From Planctomycetota bacterium (lineage in GTDB: Bacteria; Planctomycetota; Uabimicrobiia; Uabimicrobiales; Uabimicrobiaceae), in contig JAJDCR010000015.1 of assembly GCA_029260735.1 (NCBI GenBank), positions 65,825 through 129,824 of the forward strand: a stretch of 64,000 nt of DNA. The letters are read 5' to 3'. Position numbers and translations under genes: made by a program. How positions within the stretch are numbered: position 1 is the stretch's first letter; each line of letters begins with the position of its first letter. Shown piece by piece: positions 58,161 to 64,000 of this stretch. Under the pieces are notes generated by a model, which saw nothing but the letters and a program-made list of their open reading frames with translations, was not told the origin of the DNA and searched no databases.

Positions 58161-61100
58161 ATGTCTGGTGCATTAAAGTTATTTCAAGCCTCTTCACATT
58201 TTGTAGCAAGAACAGTCGTTTTTATGGCAGAAGATCCTATTTTTGGCTTGCCCAGTGGCAAGATCACGGATATTTTTCTGCGCAATAAAGTTACCTTAGA
58301 TGGAATTCATTCTTGCTACGAAGATTCCGTCATAAGAACTTTCTCTAGTATAAAAGAAGCTCTCGTAACAAAAAAACCGGCTCAGAAAAGATTTGTGGGA
58401 TTCATACAAGAAAAACTACACAAGTTTTTTCAGGAAAATAAACAAGAAGCAAGTCAAAACAAAGCTAACTTAATTAAGCTTTGTGATGAAATCTGTGAAT
58501 CTAAGAACATGCAACGCTTGCTCAAACTCCATGACATAACAATTGTTAATGTAGAGGAAGCCTTTCGTAATATCATAGAAAGTTCATCCTCTCCTCTTTT
58601 ACCTAAAATTATAGACAAAGGACTAGCCGCTATTCTGGAAGGAAAGGCTAGTGAACCGCAGTTCCAATTCATTCGGAAAAGCGATTGGATTGCCAGCGTT
58701 ATGAGCTATCATTTTTATCAACTATGGTTCAAAAATCCTGATTTTAATTTTCCCCGAGATTGTATCGACTTTGCCGCTATGCAACAACGACTACTCTTCA
58801 TTGAAAAACAATTTCAAAGCTATCGGCAAGCGCATAACCAAAGCAAATCAAAACATGCTGCTAATAAAATGCAAAAATTTTTAGAAGCAAAAAACTACCA
58901 GAGACAATTTTTGAATAAGCAAGGCCCCATTTTAGAAAAACTCGAAAAATTTTCTCAACAATCAGAAAAACATCAGAGCAGGGTAGAAGTAGGCAGCATT
59001 TATGTCCAAGAAGATATTAAAGAAGATATTAAAGAAGAGCTTTTTGAAGACATCTCCAGTCCCATTCAAAATGAGGTCGATGAATTCGAAGGATTTGAGG
59101 ATGAACTCTCTTCTGATGAGGTTTACGATATAGATTTTTCTTCTCCTCCGATGATTTCTTCGATTCGAGAAAAAACAAAAAAACCGGAGAATTTTTCTTC
59201 CGAAATAGATGTTATATTTGATGAATCAGATTCATCTCCTGGCTCAGTCGAAGATATAGTAGTCTTAGATGAAGATAGTGGAATGGACATTCCTTCTCCT
59301 ATCCGCAAACCTGTAGTCGAGGCCGATAGAACCTTTGACAGTTCTTTACCTGAAGTCAGCTTAGATCCAGTTATTCGCTCTCAAGAAACAAAGAGACCTA
59401 TCACTGGTGTAATCGACAAAAAGACCTACGGAGCTACAGTTTTAGATAAAGACTCCCAAGGAGAAAAACCTAACTTAAATCGAGAAAAATTCTTAGAAGT
59501 TCAAAAAAACTTAGCTCCGATTATGTCCCTACTTTCTCCTGTAATCCAATTTAATCAATTTTTTGTTCGTCAAAAATTGACTCATTTCAAAAAGAATTTC
59601 CAAGATGCTAAAAAATGCTACGCTGAAATTGATGATAGTTACTCAGATAAAGCATATTTAGCGAATGACCTGGGAGTCATTTTAACTTCTCTATTTAAAC
59701 TGAGTGAAGCTCGTGAGATTTTAAAAAGTGCTAAAAAACTGGGGTCAGAACTTTCTAGCGATTTTCTTTATCAAGTAGAAAAGAACCTTTTCCTTCTTGC
59801 TTTACAGCAAAATAAAAATGATAAGGCTTCTAATCACCTAACTCGTATGCTAAGAAACTTTGAACAATCAAATGATCTTTACGATAAGGATCGATATAAC
59901 TTCAAGAAACTCTTAGGTATTGGCAGCTTAGGTATTTCTCTTGTTTGTGAAGATACCTACAACAAATCACTGGTTGTCTTACATCTTCTATGGAAAGACG
60001 CTCAAGTTGAAGTAAAGGAAGTTCTCTCTGCTCTTTCTGCTTGTGAAATGTCTTCTCATGCCTCTCGGGGAGCAAAAGTTTATGATATTGCCCAACAACG
60101 AGGTGGTCCTCTCTACGTGGTAAGAGAGTTTTGTCCAGGAATGAGTCTTCAGGAATACATCACAAAAAAGAAGAAGACACAGCCTCCCACTTTAGAAGAA
60201 GTTTTAACGATTGCTCGAGAAATTAGCTTAGCACTCAAAGCTTTACACCAAGCTCGCAAGCCTGTTATTCATAACAACTTAAAACCTAATAACATAATCT
60301 TTAATATGAAAACATCTAAAGTTTGCTTACTAGATGGAGGGCTACGCTACTTTTATCCTTCTCTCAACAAAATGAAGATAGCGCAAAAGCAAGCACGGGT
60401 AGGCAAAAGAGAAACCGTTGTTGAAAGCATATATATCAGTTCTCTTTATATGTCACCAGAGCGGCAAAAAGGGGCCATTGGAGCAGCTTGCGATATTTTT
60501 GCTCTAGGAAAAATACTCTTATTTTTGTTAACCGGAGAAACTTCTACTTCCGATAGTATTTCTACGATTCCCGAGCCAGCAAGAGTCCATATCTCTGGAA
60601 CCATCTCCAGAATGCTTCACCCTAAAGTTGATCAAAGACCAAGTGCAAAAGAGCTCGCTCGCGAGTTTGACCAAATATTAGCTAAGTTGACCGAAGAAGA
60701 AGAAGAGGAAGATATTTTTGGTGAATTGCTTGATGAAGCAGAAGAAGATATCATGCAAACTCCGCTTGGCGCAACTAACAGTTTTGAAGAAGAGCGAGAT
60801 CCTGTTGCTCTTACCGATGAAATTCCTATTCCCGTTTTACAAACTAAAATCCGAGCTATTCCTGTTCGTAAAAAATACTTTATGCCTGGTTTTTATTGGC
60901 AAGGAACGGAAATCGTTTGCGAAAAAGATGATTCTGTAATGTGCTACGTCCCCGAAGGAGAATTTTATCGAGGAAGCAAGGATATATACGCCAAACGCGA
61001 TGAACAGCCTGATGCTAAAGTCCATTTGGAAGCCTACCTTGTAGATAAAAATCTGGTTACCTGGGGCCAATACAAGAGATTTCTCAAAGAAACGAACAAC

Positions 61101-61688
61101 TGGATTAGTTGGCGCTGGAAAATGCCTCCTCTTCCAGAATGGGCTATAGAAGATGACCATCCTGTTGTCAATATAACTTGGGAACAAGCCAAAGCATACG
61201 CTCAGTGGGTAGAAAAAGATCTTCTAACCGAAGCGCAGTGGGAAAAAGCGGCTAAAGGAGGCGTTGTTTTAGAATCAGGTATCAGCAAAACAGCTAACCC
61301 AACTCCCCGGCGTTCTTTTCCCTGGGGTGATGACTCTCCCAATTTCCAAGGGCAATTCAGAGCTAACTACTGCAAATCTAAAAAGTTTGGTAGCAAAAGT
61401 ACTTCCCCTATAAGCACTTTTCCTCAAGGGGCCTCCCCCTATGGATGTATGGATATGTCAGGTAATGTCCATGAATGGTGTAATGATTGGTACGAGAGTT
61501 CTTATTACCGAAAAAAAGAAATCAAAAACCCCAAAGGGCCCAAAACCGGAAAAGAAAAATGTCTTCGCGGTGGAGCTTTTGATAGCGTTGCTCTCGACTT
61601 AAGTACAACAAGCCGTCATCGTGGGATGCCAGACATGACGAGTCCCAAAGTAGGTTTTCGTTGTGGTAAAACCCTGGGGAAAAAATAA
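58161..61688 (+). CDS. Multidomain protein: unknown N-domain - acidic linker - pseudokinase - FGE-sulfatase (SUMF1/EgtB/PvdO-family) domain
   Basis: ATG 58161 is the likely start (the track's TTG is at 58146), 19 nt after the gltX stop. The kinase fold has a degenerate catalytic loop IHNNLKPNNII (HRD becomes HNN) and DGG in place of DFG. The C-terminal FGE fold shows HPVVNITWEQAKAYAQW, LTEAQWEKAAKGG, MDMSGNVHEWCNDWY, LRGGAF and GFRCG. Confidence 0.75.
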   Translation: MSGALKLFQASSHFVARTVVFMAEDPIFGLPSGKITDIFLRNKVTLDGIHSCYEDSVIRTFSSIKEALVTKKPAQKRFVGFIQEKLHKFFQENKQEASQNKANLIKLCDEICESKNMQRLLKLHDITIVNVEEAFRNIIESSSSPLLPKIIDKGLAAILEGKASEPQFQFIRKSDWIASVMSYHFYQLWFKNPDFNFPRDCIDFAAMQQRLLFIEKQFQSYRQAHNQSKSKHAANKMQKFLEAKNYQRQFLNKQGPILEKLEKFSQQSEKHQSRVEVGSIYVQEDIKEDIKEELFEDISSPIQNEVDEFEGFEDELSSDEVYDIDFSSPPMISSIREKTKKPENFSSEIDVIFDESDSSPGSVEDIVVLDEDSGMDIPSPIRKPVVEADRTFDSSLPEVSLDPVIRSQETKRPITGVIDKKTYGATVLDKDSQGEKPNLNREKFLEVQKNLAPIMSLLSPVIQFNQFFVRQKLTHFKKNFQDAKKCYAEIDDSYSDKAYLANDLGVILTSLFKLSEAREILKSAKKLGSELSSDFLYQVEKNLFLLALQQNKNDKASNHLTRMLRNFEQSNDLYDKDRYNFKKLLGIGSLGISLVCEDTYNKSLVVLHLLWKDAQVEVKEVLSALSACEMSSHASRGAKVYDIAQQRGGPLYVVREFCPGMSLQEYITKKKKTQPPTLEEVLTIAREISLALKALHQARKPVIHNNLKPNNIIFNMKTSKVCLLDGGLRYFYPSLNKMKIAQKQARVGKRETVVESIYISSLYMSPERQKGAIGAACDIFALGKILLFLLTGETSTSDSISTIPEPARVHISGTISRMLHPKVDQRPSAKELAREFDQILAKLTEEEEEEDIFGELLDEAEEDIMQTPLGATNSFEEERDPVALTDEIPIPVLQTKIRAIPVRKKYFMPGFYWQGTEIVCEKDDSVMCYVPEGEFYRGSKDIYAKRDEQPDAKVHLEAYLVDKNLVTWGQYKRFLKETNNWISWRWKMPPLPEWAIEDDHPVVNITWEQAKAYAQWVEKDLLTEAQWEKAAKGGVVLESGISKTANPTPRRSFPWGDDSPNFQGQFRANYCKSKKFGSKSTSPISTFPQGASPYGCMDMSGNVHEWCNDWYESSYYRKKEIKNPKGPKTGKEKCLRGGAFDSVALDLSTTSRHRGMPDMTSPKVGFRCGKTLGKK

Positions 61689-61724
61689 TTTCCCAGCACC
61701 TATGTTAGAAAGAAAAATAGCTTC

Positions 61725-62489
61725 ATGAGAGTTTTTGCCATTTCGGATATACACATTGATTTTGAAGAGAATCGGCAATGGGTATGGAATCTCTCGCAAA
61801 AAGACTACCAAGAAGATATCCTTCTTGTTGCCGGTGATATACATAGCAAAATTCCTGAGGTTGCAAAAACTTTTGTTCAACTCAAAAAATGCTTTGCCCA
61901 AATTATGTTTGTTCCCGGTAATCATGATCTTTGGACATCTTTGGAACCCCAGTACTCTTCTCTAGAAAAATTCCGTCTTCTTCAAAAAACCTGCCAAGAA
62001 GAAGGTATTCAGACCACTCCTTTTAGCACAGGCAAGCTAACAATAGTCCCCCTCCTCTCCTGGTACGACTTTTCTTTTGGAAAACCGACGAACCAAGTAG
62101 TTTCTAGCTGGGGAGATTTCTATCGCTGTAAATGGCCCCCAGAGTTTGACATGCCTGCCATCACAAAGTTTTTTCTCGACGAAAACCAGCCCCTTCTAAA
62201 ATCTTACCCTGGAAAAGTGATCTCTTTTTCTCACTTTTTACCTCGGATAGACGTCATGCCTATTTTTAGTAAACGTGATCTCTTTCCTGTCTTAGGTAGT
62301 CGTCACCTAGATGAGCAAATACGCACAATTGGTTCTCAGCTACATATATACGGCCACTCTCACATCAACCAAGTCAAAGAAATTGATGGAGTGATTTATT
62401 TTAACAACGCCTATGGATACCCCCGAGAAACGAGAATCACCCGCAAAGAGCTCATCTGCCTTAACCACCAATTTGATATCTTATCTTAA
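61725..62489 (+). CDS. Calcineurin-like metallophosphoesterase
   Basis: MRVFAISDIHID, LLVAGDIHS, VPGNHDLW and GHSHI motifs. Confidence 0.75.
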   Translation: MRVFAISDIHIDFEENRQWVWNLSQKDYQEDILLVAGDIHSKIPEVAKTFVQLKKCFAQIMFVPGNHDLWTSLEPQYSSLEKFRLLQKTCQEEGIQTTPFSTGKLTIVPLLSWYDFSFGKPTNQVVSSWGDFYRCKWPPEFDMPAITKFFLDENQPLLKSYPGKVISFSHFLPRIDVMPIFSKRDLFPVLGSRHLDEQIRTIGSQLHIYGHSHINQVKEIDGVIYFNNAYGYPRETRITRKELICLNHQFDILS

Positions 62490-62688
62490 GATCACCCTAT
62501 TAGCTATTTATTAGCCAAAACTATTGTCTTCTATTAGCAATATTCCCTCTTTTTTCCCCCTCACTTCTCTATCCTTTATTTTATCTATCCTCCTTATTTT
62601 GGTACAAATTTTGCTTTACTATTAAATATAGAAAAATATTACCAGAATAGAAATAAAACAGAAGTAAAACCCGTCATAGATTAAAAAT

Positions 62689-63489
62689 ATGGGGAGAGAA
62701 AACATGGAAACAACAAAACTATCTCACGAGTCTCAAGATCTTGTTAATATCCAAGGATACAATCTCTACTACCATGATATAGAAGAAGCAATCTATGCCC
62801 AACAAAAGAACTATCCCCAAATTCGTCCTGGATGCGCAGCAGCCTTCTCTATCAAAGTAAGTGAACCAGAAAAACTCGTCATTTTTCAAGAAATCAATCC
62901 TAATCCAAACGGAGACTTTATCACAAACCAAATTGCTGACATTATCAGAAAAACTATTGAGCAAGACTTTAACATTTCCGTTCACTCCATAGTTCTTCTC
63001 GCTCCTGGCATTTTACCAAAAACTTCCAGTCGTAAAGTAATCCGTTTCGCTTGCAAAAAAGCTTTTTTGTCTAACTTTACCCAGTGCATTACTCATACCA
63101 TCTACCAAGATAGCGGATCAGTCTACATGGTTTCTAAAAATCCCGAAGAGAAACGAATTGAAAGAATCCTAAGCTCTTCGACTAATTCTTTTTCTCTAAA
63201 CAATTTCAAAACAAAAAAAAACAAGAGCACCGAGGAAAAAATTCAAGAATACATCATAGATTGGCTCTGCCAAGAAAATGAAATCTCTCACCACGAAATA
63301 TCTCTAAACAAAAATTTTCTCACTTATGATATTGACTCCATTCGAACAATTGAACTTTGTACTTACCTCGAAAAACATATTTCCTACATTGTACCTGAAA
63401 CGCTTATTTGGGATTATCCTAGCATAAAAGAATTATCCCAATTTTTGGCTCAAGAGCTTGAGAAAAGAAAAAAATTCGTTCTCATGTAA
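62689..63489 (+). CDS. Stand-alone fatty-acyl-AMP ligase C-terminal subdomain fused to an ACP-like (phosphopantetheine-binding) domain; probable gene remnant
   Basis: FAAL/AMP-binding C-terminal signature (GCAAAFSIK...HSIVLLAPGILPKTSSRKVIRFACKKAFL) and an ACP-like segment (EKIQEYIIDWLCQ...LTYDIDSIRTIEL). There is no AMP-binding core upstream, only ~200 bp of pyrimidine-rich noncoding DNA. Confidence 0.55.
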   Translation: MGRENMETTKLSHESQDLVNIQGYNLYYHDIEEAIYAQQKNYPQIRPGCAAAFSIKVSEPEKLVIFQEINPNPNGDFITNQIADIIRKTIEQDFNISVHSIVLLAPGILPKTSSRKVIRFACKKAFLSNFTQCITHTIYQDSGSVYMVSKNPEEKRIERILSSSTNSFSLNNFKTKKNKSTEEKIQEYIIDWLCQENEISHHEISLNKNFLTYDIDSIRTIELCTYLEKHISYIVPETLIWDYPSIKELSQFLAQELEKRKKFVLM

Positions 63490-63519
63490 AAACTTTCTGA
63501 ATATACAGTTAAATAAAAG

Positions 63520-63678
63520 CATTGAAGAAGAAAAGAAGCTCACGCAAAGACGCAAAGATCGCAAAGAAGAATATAAAATAATATTCCTGTTAATGAAATG
63601 AAACTTCTCCCTATTTATCTTTGTATTTATTCTTTGCGATCTTTGCGTCTTTGCGTGAGCTTCTTTTCTTCTTCAATG
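63520..63678. repeat. Very long near-perfect hairpin (~47-bp arms, ~54-nt loop)
   Basis: CATTGAAGAAGAAAAGAAGCTCACGCAAAGACGCAAAGATCGCAAAGAAGAATA pairs with TATTCTTTGCGATCTTTGCGTCTTTGCGTGAGCTTCTTTTCTTCTTCAATG with a single 3-nt indel. Confidence 0.8.
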
Positions 63679-63785
63679 GCAAAACTCCAAAAAGTAAATC
63701 TTGATCGATCCCTCTCAAGATGGTAATCTAGCCACACATCACTTAATCATCCTCTTCTCTCACTCACTCAAGAACCAAAACAACT

Positions 63786-64000
63786 ATGCCAAAAAACCCT
63801 GCCTCTAATCTATGGTTTCTTCTCAGTGCCAATATTCTCAGCCATACCGGAACCGGGATTACCATGATCGCTATTCCTTGGCTCTTAGTCAAAAAAGAAC
63901 ATGGAGAAACACTTTACGGCTACACCACTCTAGCGGTTATGCTTCTCTCTATTTTTTTTCTCCCCTACATCGGATCTTTAGTCGACCGTGTCTCTCGAAA
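63786..64000 (+). CDS. MFS transporter (5' part; continues beyond window)
   Basis: ATG 63786. Hydrophobic TM1/TM2 and an MFS motif-A-like GSLVDRVSRK at the window edge. Not in the ORF track because the ORF is unterminated. Confidence 0.6.
   Translation, partial: MPKNPASNLWFLLSANILSHTGTGITMIAIPWLLVKKEHGETLYGYTTLAVMLLSIFFLPYIGSLVDRVSR

Overview
This is an AT-rich (~38% GC), gene-dense bacterial chromosomal window with no rRNA, tRNA or CRISPR that I can see. The gene content suggests a PVC-superphylum-like (Planctomycetes/Chlamydiae-type) organism, but that is inference. Several Hanks-type Ser/Thr kinases are fused to FHA, WD40 or PQQ-propeller domains, three genes carry FGE-sulfatase (SUMF1/EgtB/PvdO) domains, and one secreted protein ends in a PEP-CTERM signal. 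Confident housekeeping anchors are mutS, gltX, an HtrA/DegP protease, a mannose-1-phosphate guanylyltransferase and a ZnuB/MntB-type metal ABC permease. The dominant theme is eukaryote-like signalling: 5 kinases plus 1 pseudokinase in 64 kb, two FHA fusions (one onto a histidine kinase), a STAS protein, two dynamin-like GTPases, a flotillin-like SPFH protein, an Hsp70-fold giant acidic protein and STAND-like NTPases. The noncoding DNA is also unusual. It contains a ~745-bp near-perfect foldback inverted repeat with no ORF (34475-35220). It contains a ~110-bp element with 20-bp terminal inverted repeats, present in two full copies plus isolated end-motifs. A degraded Rpn/YhgA-family nuclease gene is flanked by exact 27-bp direct repeats, and several exceptionally long intergenic hairpins are present. 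The ORF track uses TTG/GTG alternative starts; I adjusted starts where an in-frame ATG with an RBS is visible.
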